Below are positions 25,791-44,922 of a stretch of 64,000 nucleotides of DNA, in pieces. Origin of the DNA: Phallusia mammillata (taxonomy: Eukaryota); the NCBI GenBank assembly GCA_965637545.1, contig OZ281500.1:9238001-9302000 (forward strand), written 5' to 3'. A program made the position numbers and the translations under genes. The stretch's first letter is position 1. The number at the start of each line of letters is the position of its first letter. A model generated the notes under the pieces. It was given only the letters and a program-made list of their open reading frames with translations. It searched no databases and was not told where the DNA came from.

Positions 25791-25830
25791 CTATCAAAAT
25801 CAGAAATAAAAGTGACATAAAAATAAAACT
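25791..25830 (-). promoter_or_regulatory. Unpaired 3' splice acceptor upstream of ALG13 (candidate SL trans-splice site)
   Basis: The minus strand reads TTTTATTTTTATGTCACTTTTATTTCTGATTTTGATAG, ending at 25791. This is 38 nt before the ALG13 ATG and about 175 nt after the SIRT6 stop codon. Confidence 0.55.
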
Positions 25831-25966
25831 GAGCCCAGAAAACACATGTTCAAAATGTAATTTACATTTGATATGTGCTAAAAAAAGTATTGGTGTGTTT
25901 AAAAATGTTTCTTGATCATTTGCAATAATATGATGAATGCAATACATTGTGAAATATAAAAAAATG

Positions 25967-28900
25967 TCAGTTGTCTTTTTGTACAATTTCCTCATTGGCA
26001 ATTAAAGGTGCAGAAAACTTTAAATCTAAACTTTCTTGTTTGACAAAAATGTTTTCAGTTGTATTATTAACATCAGGCTCATTTCCATTAGAACTTTTAA
26101 TTACTGCTTTTGCAATGACATCAGATTTTGAATTGGATTTTGAGCCAGATTTGGCAGTCACGTCATTGTTTGTTTCAGATTTGGTGTCAGTTTGATTTGA
26201 AGTTCTTGTTTTTGTGAGCCTTCTCTTTTTTGTAGGGATTGGAAACTGAGGCAGAGAATGACTTGATCTCAAACATATTGTGGGTTTTTTGAATGGGGGA
26301 ACAGAAATATTAAGCGATTCTGCCACCATCTGCATGACATCATCCAGGTAGCTGCAAAACAAAGTTAACACTTTATCAAAGTAGTTTAATACCACGGTTG
26401 TAAACACAGTTGTCTGTTTTTATATCTTACCCATATATTCTGATGTCAGCAGATTTGTCTTTCTTTGTTGGTTGAAGATTTATTATGACTAGTTTTCCAC
26501 CATTTTTCTTGGTGAGTAGAGGGAGGTTTCCAGCAGGCAGAATCTGTAATACATATTCTGCTGTTAGTTATGTGTTTAAAATAATTGGTATTGGATACAA
26601 CTAGAGTAAAGGTTTGATGACAGGCCAGATCTCTTAAAAATGTGTATTTAAATGTGCTTTGGAGTTCATTTGTTATCAAACAATACCATACTTGCAATAC
26701 TGGCTTCACTTTAGCTTAAAACATTCTTGGTGACTTTCAAGTGTTATTTATATTTTGTTTGTTTTTACAACATTTTCAGGCTTTTACCTCCAAACATGGG
26801 TGAAAAACCTCAAAGACATTTGACCAAGTATTTGTTATTTCAAGCAGTGGGACAAACAAAAATCGCTAGTTCTTTGCCTTTCCCACAAATTTGGTCCTAG
26901 TTGTGCAACTGCACTTAATTGCTGATTTTTTTACCTGCAAACTACTCCCCATCACAATTGACAAATCAGCAATTTTGCAAAACTTCTCTGACATATCCAG
27001 TTCATCATCAGGTAATGCATCCTCCCAATCCAGAATTGTATCCGTCAGCATGCCTCTGCACTTTCTGCAATGTAGGTCACTATTTAATTACATATTTGTT
27101 TATTAAAGTAGATAGGCAAATGGATTATTCACAGGTAGATCTTTACTCATAAAAAAGTTTGGTTGTTTTTCTGTATGTGAGTTCATGACCACATATTTGC
27201 TACAATAATCCCAAATCCCAAAAAATAATTGCCGGAAAAACAGCAAAGGAGCATGTCTGTGAATCAATCCCTACACTACTAAACATTTGTCAGTTCTCCA
27301 AGGTCTTGTGAGCATATAAACAAATTGCAAAATACAACATGCTTATTACTGAAACCAGTGTTGTTGAAACACTGAACTGTGCCTAAAAGATTTCATAAAA
27401 AATGATAATGCATTAAAACGAACTATTTCAAACCTTCCTCGACACTTGAGTGCCTCGCACTTTTGGCCTGTCAGCTTCAGTCCCATTGTCGGAGAAACAT
27501 GATCTTGCACTTGTTCTCTACGACAAAACAGTAGACAATAAAGTAAAATTCCACATTACAAAAATGCTCTGAAACATCACATACTTTGCACAAAGTTGGC
27601 ACTTTTGGGTAAACATGTTTCCATGCAGTTCAGCAAGACGATCTTTTGGAAAACCAGAACGCAAATGAAGGCCATCAACATTTTGGGATATGACATAATG
27701 CACCAAGCCTAAAAACAAATGACCCATGTTAGACTGTTTTAATATTTCAAAACCACATAACTAGAAATAGAGACTTTTATGGGTGAAACTGCAAATGCAT
27801 AATAATAATAGTTAGGAGTGGTGACTTTGTGATAGAAAATTAACATAAATGTATCTACTACTTACAACAACAAAGCACCATTAAAGACTCAGTTAAAAAG
27901 CACTACAGAGCAATTTATTCCGCCTTCCTACATGCTTGCCAAGTTTATAAAAACATTTGACCAGCAAATGTAATAAAAGTAAATGGTTTAAGGTGACTTC
28001 TGTCTTAAAGTTTAACATGACATATAAAACCAGGCATTTTAGGACCTCAGTCCTTCATATGTGTTATACAGAGTGAGTAATCCAAATAACTAGATCAGCA
28101 TTTTTTTAAGTCACCAAGGACAATGTTGATGACTGGACATACAATCAAGCTTCCTTAGCATACTAAGCACCACTGTTAACAACATTGAATGTGGCCACAC
28201 ATTATTAAAGCACTGCATAAGTTTTCATGCATGTAGACAAGGTACACACAGAAAAAAAACATTTATAGGTCCTGATATTTGAGCAGTGAAACAACAGAGA
28301 AGGTTGCAATATGACAAACTAAAACCATCAACATGTAACAAAGACATTTAAAATTTTAACTTGCCAACTTTTTCCATCTCCACCAGCAACCGATGTGTAA
28401 ATGTTGGCACAGCTTGTTCAAAGGTGATATCAAAGTGAGGAGTTTCACCCTTTTCTTCAAGTGTCCATACCCCAGTTGGGCCACGAAAATCAGGAATTCC
28501 AGCAGATGTACTTAACCCAGCACCTTAACATTTATTCACAATTACAATGCAATTTTTGCTATTTCATGTCATAGATGAGTCAAAATGAAAAATAACATAC
28601 CAGTATGTACAACCACAACTTTGCTGGATTTAATTAAGTCTGCCAGTTTGGAAGCTTTTTCCTTGAGAATCAAATGGTCATCTTGTTTCTACAAAATAGA
28701 GCAATATTAGCAACTGCATATAGTTTTACTTATTTATTCACATGTAGACATACATATGTAATGTCTTAGTGAAAGAACTAGGGTTGGCAAGCTGGTCAAT
28801 TGACCGGTCAAATACGGTCAATTGACAGCACTTTATTTGACCGGTCAAATACTATTTTTAATTTTAAAAAATCAAATGTGGTAAATTTTCTTGGACTTGC

Positions 28901-31591
28901 TTTTTGGTTGTTGGAAAGTAGTGATGTACCGAATATTCGGTTTGCCGAATTTATTCGGCCGAATCGGCCATTTTTACAGAGATTCGGTTTCGGCCAAATA
29001 ATTTGTTGTGATTCGGCCGAAACCGAATCTTTTATGAACACAAATATAAAGCGTAAAACGTGTCTTTTCTGCTCAATGAGGTGTCACACCATTCCTTAAA
29101 CTACGCCATAACTAAAATCACGACAACTGTTATGATTTTTATGTATTATCGTTTTAACCACCTTGGACAAAAAGTCAGAAATTCATTGGCAGGCTGGCAA
29201 CCATGACTGAGGCAACCTCAAACCCCAACACAACTATTTGCTTGGTAGAAAAACTTGTGTTTTCATGTCAAACGAGTGGCTTACGCCTTCGCGTGACGTC
29301 ATAAAAGATTTGGTTGATTCGGCCGAATTTATTCGGCAAAACTGCCGAATATTCGGTTTCGGCCGATCCCAAATTTAGCCGATTCGGTACATCTCTATTG
29401 GAAAGGTTAAATTATTTCTAATAACCCTCAGGTAGAACAGTTTGGAGCATACTCTTGTATATTAAGTGCTTTTAAAGGCAATATAGATGTGTTTTGTTCA
29501 TTTGAAATAAATGCCAAAACAGTTAGGAGATATTTTTCATTTGAAACTAGAAGGGTGGCTTAGAACATTCTGTTGTTGCATTTACACTATAACCTATTTT
29601 AAAACATAAATATATTTCCTTTGCTTTTTTTGCATTGGGTCCCATATTAGCCATCGTCTTTTATAACTATAGTTGTTTCTGCAGGCAGAAACTCATCGGT
29701 CCCCACACATGTAAAGTTAAAAATAGTGCATTTCAAGAGACAACCATAGTCCACATGCTACCCAAATTTTAGCCAATTCCAACACTGTTTTATAAACTGT
29801 TTTATAAATGGGGTTTGACACTAAACTAAAAAAATATGAAACCTCAATGACTCAATCAATAGTACTGCAAAAGGCCAATCTGCCAATGTTTAAAATTGCG
29901 ACCATTAGAGGTGTTTTGAGCAAAAACTGTTAATGCTCTGACGTCATAGGGCTGTTAACAACCCCCTAACTGCCATGGCACAAAAACGTCCACCAAGCAA
30001 CCCACCAAGAGTAACATACAACTGGTTGCTGTTGTAACACTATTGCGCCACAGAATTCATTTCGTTTGTGGTGCCCAGTAACATATAACTATGTTTTACA
30101 CTTTAGGGGCTTGTGGGGTAAATGTTGGGGCTACAGGGTTGAACACAACAATCGACACCTATAAATGCCATACTCTACAAGCTATCCAAATTTCAGCCAA
30201 TTCCAACATTGTTTACAAACTCACTCATTTTAGGGGGCTAGCGGGGTAAATACTCGGGTTATCAACAAAAACAAAGTGGTATGCACATCTACATACTTAT
30301 ATCTACCATCTGTGTAAATTTCATCCAAATCCATCAAACATTTGATAGAAAAACGAGTCGGACAAACTTTGGCAAAAAAATAACCCTTTTTAGGGGGCTA
30401 GCGGGGTAAATACTGGGGTTATCAACAAAGATAAAGTGGGATGCACATCTACATACCTATATCTACCATCTGTGTAAAAATTTCATCCAAATCCATCAAA
30501 CATTTGATGGAAAAACGAGTCGGACAAACTTTGGGGAAAAAAAATTCGAGTAAAATCAATATGAATCCGATTAAAATTCGAGTAAAATCATAGTTAAGAA
30601 TCCGATTTACGTTATGGCAAACTTTGCAAGGTTTACAATGCAATTAAAAAACATGGATCACTTCTAGCACCGTTTTATCTAAAAATTGAGTGTGATATGT
30701 CCATGAGGGTAAGTTAGTTCATTAGTATATACTTGGCCATTTTTGCAAATGTTGCACATTTTTACTGACAGATAAAAAAATCTAAGTAATTTTAAGCATC
30801 TGTGTAAACTTGTAGGTCTACAGTCCTTTTTCTATAGTTGATCAAAAAATTGTTTGTAGCTATATATATATTTAGAATATAATTGCCCTGAATAGATTTT
30901 TGTGGATAAGTTACAGGTCGGTACTTTGGGATAAAGTACGTACATATCAAGCTTTTGTATATTCCTTTTTGGTCATGAATAGGGATGTGACAACAGCGTA
31001 ACATCATAAATTGTGACTTAATCAGGTAAAGCGAGTTTTGCAGTTAAATCTGTTTTATAAATGGGGTTTGACACGACTTGAAACCTTCATTTCCATTACT
31101 TATGGTTTAGAAGAAGAATTAACTTCCAACTTTTAACTAAAATTGCAATTTAATAATGTGTATAGTATTTGACCGATATTTGACTGGTCAATTGACCAAA
31201 TTTTATTTGACCGGTCAAATGCCCAACCCTAGAAAGAACACAGTCATACATCAGCTATAAGACCCAGGAGGTCATTAGGTCAGTGACCCAATCTCACGAA
31301 TCAAAGAAAGATTTAGTTAAGGTTGGCATTGGCCCTTTTTGCAAAACTGAACTTCCATAAGGTAAAAACTAAAACCACAAATATGTAGACAAACGTACAG
31401 AAGGTACCATAATTATGCAAAATAGAACTCTAATCATTAACTCAAAAAATATATCTGAGAGTTGTTATACTTGTTAATTTAGAATCAGATTTTTCCAAAG
31501 AGAAGCTCTGAAATAAAAATTATACCTCCGGAAGACCACACTTTCCTTTGTTCACATACGGAGATAAACCTGCAGAGTAATTTACGGACAT
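25967..31591 (-). CDS. SIRT6: NAD-dependent deacylase sirtuin-6, 382 aa
   Basis: Exons 31591-31526, 28688-28601, 28523-28365, 27708-27585, 27517-27434, 27064-26935, 26543-26431, 26351-25967 (1149 nt). [79 protein letters not shown] and [13 protein letters not shown] are SIRT6-type motifs. Intron 3 has a GC donor. Confidence 0.96.
28919..29397. mobile_element. hAT MITE nested inside the 28779-31231 element
   Basis: TIR TAG(T/A)GATGTACCGAA. Perfect 8-bp TSD ttggaaag at 28911-28918 and 29398-29405. Same family as 8404-8883. Confidence 0.93.
30231..30540. repeat. Two-copy ~160-bp tandem repeat inside the large hAT element
   Basis: TAGGGGGCTAGCGGGGTAAATACT...CGAGTCGGACAAACTTTGG starts at 30231 and again at 30391 with few mismatches. 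Related fragments lie near 29760 and 30180. Confidence 0.9.
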
Positions 31592-33224
31592 GACAGACAG
31601 AAATCGCTGGCAAGTAATAAATAAAGGAACAATTATTTGCTGTATATTTGACACATGTAACAATGTAATGTCTTCAGTTCTGTTCAGTTCAGTCCATCGT
31701 CATTCAATTCAGCTTGGCCAGGGGACTTTTCTGGTACTTTTTGTCCCATGAGCGTGACGATATTTCACTTTGAGTATACCGTAACAAAGGATTTACATTT
31801 TGTCTATTAGCGAGTAGTTGCCGTGAAACTTTTCTTTGCAATTTAACATCACTTCACTTACGTACAATATGGCGAATTGATTACAAGATGTCACTAAAAT
31901 TGACACTATTAAGCGATAAAGAACTATACACCTACAGCCAATTTTCATATGTGAAGATTGAATTGTTCTATTCTATGTTTAAGTGAAGAAATAGTTCGGT
32001 GTGTTTAAATATACTATTTTACCCACACACCTTTAGTATGTAATGCAGCGAAAATCGTGTTAAGACAATGGCCACTAAAAATGAGGACGAATATAAACTC
32101 CAGATCACCAGCAGCCTATTTAGCCTTTTTCAGTTGGTGAGTATATTTTTTACTTAACATTTTATTAAATCACGAGCACAGGACTATGTTGCTACCAGTA
32201 AAATTTAAACGTAACTTGTTGATTAACCTGCACTTTTTCCACCATTTTAAGAAATAACACCAAGCGGAAGTGCTGACTAAACCTTCCATACAATTTATCA
32301 TCCACTTAATTCTGCTGATTCGCCAGTAAGGTGTAATAACGACCAGCCAACGAAAGCATATACCATCAATAAACGAGTAGAAAAAAATCACTTTTTAAGT
32401 GCTCTGTGTACATGGCGCAGCAGACTATAAAGCGGAAAAAATAACAACAAAAGTATAAGGAGTAAGAAAGGACTTGTAGCAACCAAAAGTACACAGACGT
32501 ATCTGAAATCTTCAACTACAAAGTGGAACTTGGATTTCAAAAACATTTACATAAATTATTCGGTGGAGGCCGCCCAACTAAGTCGCTGAAAAACAAAATT
32601 ATGCTTTCGAACGCATGAAAATTGTCGAAGCAACACGATAACTGCTTGAGCAAACAAAAATGAGGCATTCTCGTACAACAAAAGGTAAGAGAACGTTGCG
32701 AAACTAAACAAGAGTATGAGAAGTGGACGAGAACGTTGCAAAATTGTTGGCACATAATATTATCTTGGTACGGCACTTCCACGCCAAACAATAACGAACA
32801 GTTGGCGAAGGGCGATTGCTGTATATAGCGAAGTCATCGGACAGGATGAAACTGCATTCCGATGCAAAGCAGTGGAAATGATGTGGCATAGCGGTGTGTG
32901 GCAGCAGCACTGTACATTTCGGATTGGGTTGTCGGTTTGTCGCAGCACCGAGTGGCTAAAAACTGAGATCGCGGTGTCAAATAAATACTGAAAATGGATA
33001 GGGTCGCAAAACAGTGTAAATCATAGCGTGAAAAAAAACAGGTACGCGGCACATGAGAAACGGGCGATACACGGAAATGCCGCAAAGTTTCCGAGTACAT
33101 GTGGAAAGGAATGGCGCACAAAATTTGATAGATTAATTAGCATTGTGCCGGGTGGTTGGCACCGTTCTGTGCCACCAATAAGGCTGAACTCACAAAAGAA
33201 AAAAAATGTGCTAGAAATCAAAGA

Positions 33225-40262
<7,038 letters not shown>

Positions 40263-43200
40263 TGCGCCGCGGCGTCAATTCTCAAATTAAACAATTGTTG
40301 GTAGTAAAGTTTGCTTTTCAAGGTCTGAAGGAACAACATGCTTGTTATTGAAATGCAAAAAGATTAACCTGTCTTGTTTATTCGTCAACTGCCATCCCCT
40401 ATGTGTCTTGTTGTTTGTCAGCTTATTTCTCTGTCTCCTCAGATAGAATAATCTTGAATAACTTACTACCTATTAAAAGCGTACGGCCAAGATCAACGTT
40501 TTTTGGCCACTGCATTATTGCATTGCCAACGCTTTATCAACATTTATAGGCTTGCCAAACGTACGCAGTAACATATGTTAAAGCATCCGTTTTTCAATAT
40601 TTTTACCACCACGTACTGTACTTATATCCTGGTACAAAAGCGCTGCCTGTGCTAGCACTGCTCGCTCGCCGCTGTGCTTTCTCGATTGATCACCGTAAGC
40701 TGGTAGCACGTCCCCTGTCAGACATACGGAGGCCAGAAGACAGATAAAGAGAGAGAAAAGAGTGGGAGGGAGAAACAGAGATAAACCTTTGCTTTTTTCC
40801 CGGCGCATGAGGTCAGAGGATCGTTATTTTTTCTCGCGCGCCCACTACCACGCCCCTGAATTCTAGTTTCAAATTGCCGAGCTGTATGCGAATTACTCGC
40901 GGGCTACTTACAAAGGGGAGAATAGGGAGAGAAGGAGCAAATGGAGCACGCCCTTTGTGCGCACATTGTTGGCAAGGCCAGGAGCTGCCAAGACGCATTT
41001 TTCTGTCTCTTCAAACACTCTTTGCGTTTGCCTTCAATTTCAAGTAGGGGTGGAGACCGCGAAGGCCGGTTTTGGGGGCTTGTTTTTGGCCAACGCTGTA
41101 AAATGTTGACTTTAGCAGTTTTTCCGAAGGCATGACGTACCTTATCACAAAACCTTTCATAGCATTAGCAATTACCCGTTAACGTCCACGCGAACTGAAC
41201 GACCGACGAGTCATTTGAATAAACAGCTGCCGTAATCGATTATATAATTTGTCAGAGCGTAAAGCGAAAAGGGTGTCATTACCACAATTAAAACCAAGTG
41301 TTTTACCAACGGCTACAGTTGATTGTGCGTCGATACGGTGGAATCGCGGAAACATGTTGCCACCGCCAGGGAAAACGCCAAACAAACAAGCTGTCAATCG
41401 ATGCGATCTGTTTATCTCTCAGCCGCAACCGGGCATCAGCTTGGCAAAAACACGACCCGACTTTGTGACGCAGGCGATGTCTACGTCAGTGGGTGTGACG
41501 GTTCGCGGCCTGTTTATAGTTACACGAGGTCTTTTGGTCAATTGTCGATTGATAATGTTTGGAGACACGCTAAGAGAGTTACGTCAAACGCAAACATCTG
41601 GCGATGGTGATTACAGTTTGGCCTGGTAACGGGGTTTTTCTTATTTGAAAAGAACTTCATTGTACTCTTGGAGGTTTTTTAAATGCTCATTGTCACGTTT
41701 CGTTTGCTGGCCTTTAGACGTAGGTGGCATTGAAAGACACCGCACCTGATAATGCGCTAAATCGACTCGCTTCATGAATTCTCCTTATTCAATCCGAACC
41801 GTAGTCGCAGTTGCTTTTTTATTTAGTTCGGGACACCAGCTACGAATCGGAAAGTACGTGATCCGTAACAGCCGCAAGTACCCAAACAATGCCGGCCTTT
41901 ATTGAAAACCGACGAGTTTCGTTCCGCAAAATAGTTGTCTGGCTGACGGCTATGTGCGCCGCTGAGGGTTTTGGGCGGTTCACTGCTGAGTGGGCGTACA
42001 CATTGATCCCAAAGTCGGGGATGCGTACATCCGCTCTGGGAAGTGTTAGCCAGCGGTCGATGAAAAATGCCTCGACCAGCTTGCCCACCTTAAGGCCGAC
42101 GCAGCAAGTCTAGCACCGTGTCGACTTAATCAACCCGCGATTAGGTTCGGGGGAATGTAAATACGGAAACAGGTCACAAGACTGCCACGACGCGGCAAAA
42201 GCAAGCTGACGTCACATGGCAATGAGCCGTGTCGGTGCACGCCCATTCCGACATTCGCGTCGCCTTTGTTCCCGCAAATCCCCCAAGTGCGCGCTTAGGA
42301 AGGACGCCCTATTCAGGCTACTAACAACAAGTCACTAAACGAAGCCACTTCCCATTGTGTTGGCCCGTTTTAGCGGAAAGCTGAATTTTCGAAGTGAAAA
42401 TTGCAGGAATAAAAATGGCGTGTACAGTAAGGCAGAAGTTAAATATAATCCAACTGCAGTAAAACACCAAACAAATACTGTCTTTTAAATAAATCAGTGA
42501 AAATGCCAGTATTAGTCACGTTTTATGAAGTGCAACTTAAATTACCATAACCTTCAATTTTTATTTGCTCTTGAAATTCCAGGTACATTTTAGGTATACC
42601 AAACATGGTTTTACAGCAAAGTGAAAACAAACATAACATAGCCCAATATGCGTACGCGGGTCTATATATTTTACTTTGAAAGGTTTTCCGGTCAAAGCGC
42701 ATGTCGCCATCCCCTTTCTATTGCCGGATAAACATAGACGTGTATTTACGGCGTTCGGTGTCCCGTAGCCGATTTAAAAACTCCAGAATCTATTTAGAGC
42801 AAGTTTTCTTTCATACCACATGCCACAAGCGACAAAAATATCGATGCTCCTCAATAAAACAGGTTTCCCAAAATATTTGTATGGTGGTTTCGGTGTCGCC
42901 TTACTGTTGTAGTTTATAGGCGTGAGCGGGTCGCCTCGTATTTCTTCGAAAAGGAGAAACGGCCAGGAAGCCCAGGTTGATTTGGGCAAACGGGAAAATC
43001 CGGAAAAACGTCACACAGCACTGGGTCGCGGCGCTCGGACGCAACAAACAGATCGAACAAGGTGACGCGAGTTCGATTTCTTTCGCCAGCTGATACACAA
43101 GAGCACGAATTGTGTGCCTGAGACAAGAGGGTCTGGCAAAACGCCCAGTCTCTGACGTGCGAAACCCGACCGCAAATAACCCGGCAAGTGTTATGGTGCT

Positions 43201-44402
43201 GAGGCCAATTCCGCTTAAAATATTCAAAGGCCTTTTTAAGATTTTTCGTTCCTTGTTCTTCCTGCGTTCAATATAACTAAAAAAACAATTTATAGCAGGT
43301 TTAGTTTATCCTAGTTTGCCCCCTCTAAAGTTTTGTGGTAAATGTCCTATTTTAGACTGGGTACAGTTTTTGCAAGACCGTTGTAGAACACAAAAACAGA
43401 ATAGCCAGTAAGTCACCTGAACCAAAATTTACATTGGACTGTTCTCCCTTAATCTGGCTTTCAGTATTGGCGAAAAAATTCTCACCAGATTGTATTGGGC
43501 TTGCGTCTATTTCCTATGTGCATTCACACGGCACAGTATTCTGCCTCTCACGGCGGCTCTGTGGCGGTTGGGAGAATATCCCTAGGTTGTCCACGGAAGG
43601 CAAAAACACACAAACATGCAGGATTCTAGCGACCTGTCCCGCCAATGAATCACCAAACGAGAATTTTATTTGTATCCAATTCGTTAGTGCTGGGCTACTG
43701 GGATTACGAACTTTTGGTAGCCTATGTTGTTGACAAGCACTGTCTGCAGGTGATTCTTGTTGTTGGGTTAAAGCGTTCACATGACCAAATGAGTTTTGTT
43801 CATTTTAAACAGCTTTAACGTTGATGTAACACCAAACAATTAAAAATCCATATTTAGATGAAATTCTGCTTGCGGTTTTCAAGATTGTCTTTTAATACCA
43901 AATATTTAAAACACGTACTTCTGTGAACCTCCATTGTTTTACATCTTCGCCGAGCATGTATTAACAAATGATTGCTGGCAAATGATGCCAATTACACAGG
44001 CGGGCCATAGCGCGGACCGCCCTAATTGATAAATAGTCGGATGGTAATTAGGGGGCAGTGCAGCATACATACACAATAGTATTTCACCCGTCATTATACT
44101 GACAAACAAGGGAGGTACCCCTGCCACAAAACCTCTAATTCGAAACAATTGACTTGTCCCCCAACCACCCGACATTCGTAACTGTCACGTGACAAACTGG
44201 CCCTTTGGTTGTTCACGATCACAAGCATGACAGCCGTTCATGTAGGTTTCTCGTGCTGTGAATACAACTGAACTTAAACGAACTTATTAGGGTTGTCACG
44301 ATGCTTACGACGTAAAGGTGTCTGCAAAGTGTTGACACGTGTGTTTATGGAACCCAGACTCAACTTCTAAAAGCGACGTCGTTAAAATATTAGACTTGCA
44401 AC

Positions 44403-44922
44403 CAGGGAGTCGAACCGCTTGTCATATGGGTTCAGGTTCGGTTCGGGTTCACTTGGTTTTGTTTTTAGGGGTTCGGGTTCGGTTCGGGTTTTTAAAAATA
44501 TATATTTTCGGGTTCGGGTTTTGTTCCGGTTTGGGCAAATATCCGGTGCGAACCGGTTTGCGGTTTTTAAACCGGTTTAAATTTTTATTCATTTTAATTT
44601 AATTCTACCCATCATCTACCTGACCTTAACAAACTCCAAAAGAATTTTGCTGGTACACTGTTATTTTTGACACGCCCTATAAGTGTTATATCGCGTATTC
44701 TTCAGTGCGCTGTTTTGAACAAAATCACAAAATATAAAACAAACTGCATTTTTTACGGGTTCGGTTCCGGTTCGGGTGCAACGCCCAACAAAATATGCGG
44801 TTCAACTCCGGTTCGGGTTTTCAGAAAATCGTAATTAGCGGTTCGGGTTCGGTTCGGGTTTAATGAAATTAACCGCTCAAACCGGTTCGCGGGTTCGGGT
44901 TCAGTTCCGGTTCGACTCCCTG
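44403..44922. mobile_element. hAT-type MITE (520 bp) with GGTTCG/GGGTTC subterminal arrays
   Basis: TIR CAGGGAGTCGAACCG...CGGTTCGACTCCCTG. TSD cttgcaac/cttgtaac (7/8). Confidence 0.88.

Larger units (their letters stand above)
28779..31231. mobile_element. Non-autonomous hAT element (2453 bp) filling most of SIRT6 intron 1, containing further insertions
   Basis: TIR TAGGGTTGG..CA at both ends, with TTGACCGGTCAAAT subterminal repeats. Perfect 8-bp TSD gaaagaac at 28771-28778 and 31232-31239. Confidence 0.9.

Noticed and set aside
30600-31010. Possible hAT transposase remnant ([12 protein letters not shown]-like words) on the minus strand
   Set aside because: Only a few residues in different frames with many stops. 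This cannot be supported without a translated search.
44905-44922. GGTTCGACTCC as a tRNA T-loop
   Set aside because: It lies in a MITE TIR. There is no acceptor stem, D-arm or anticodon arm.
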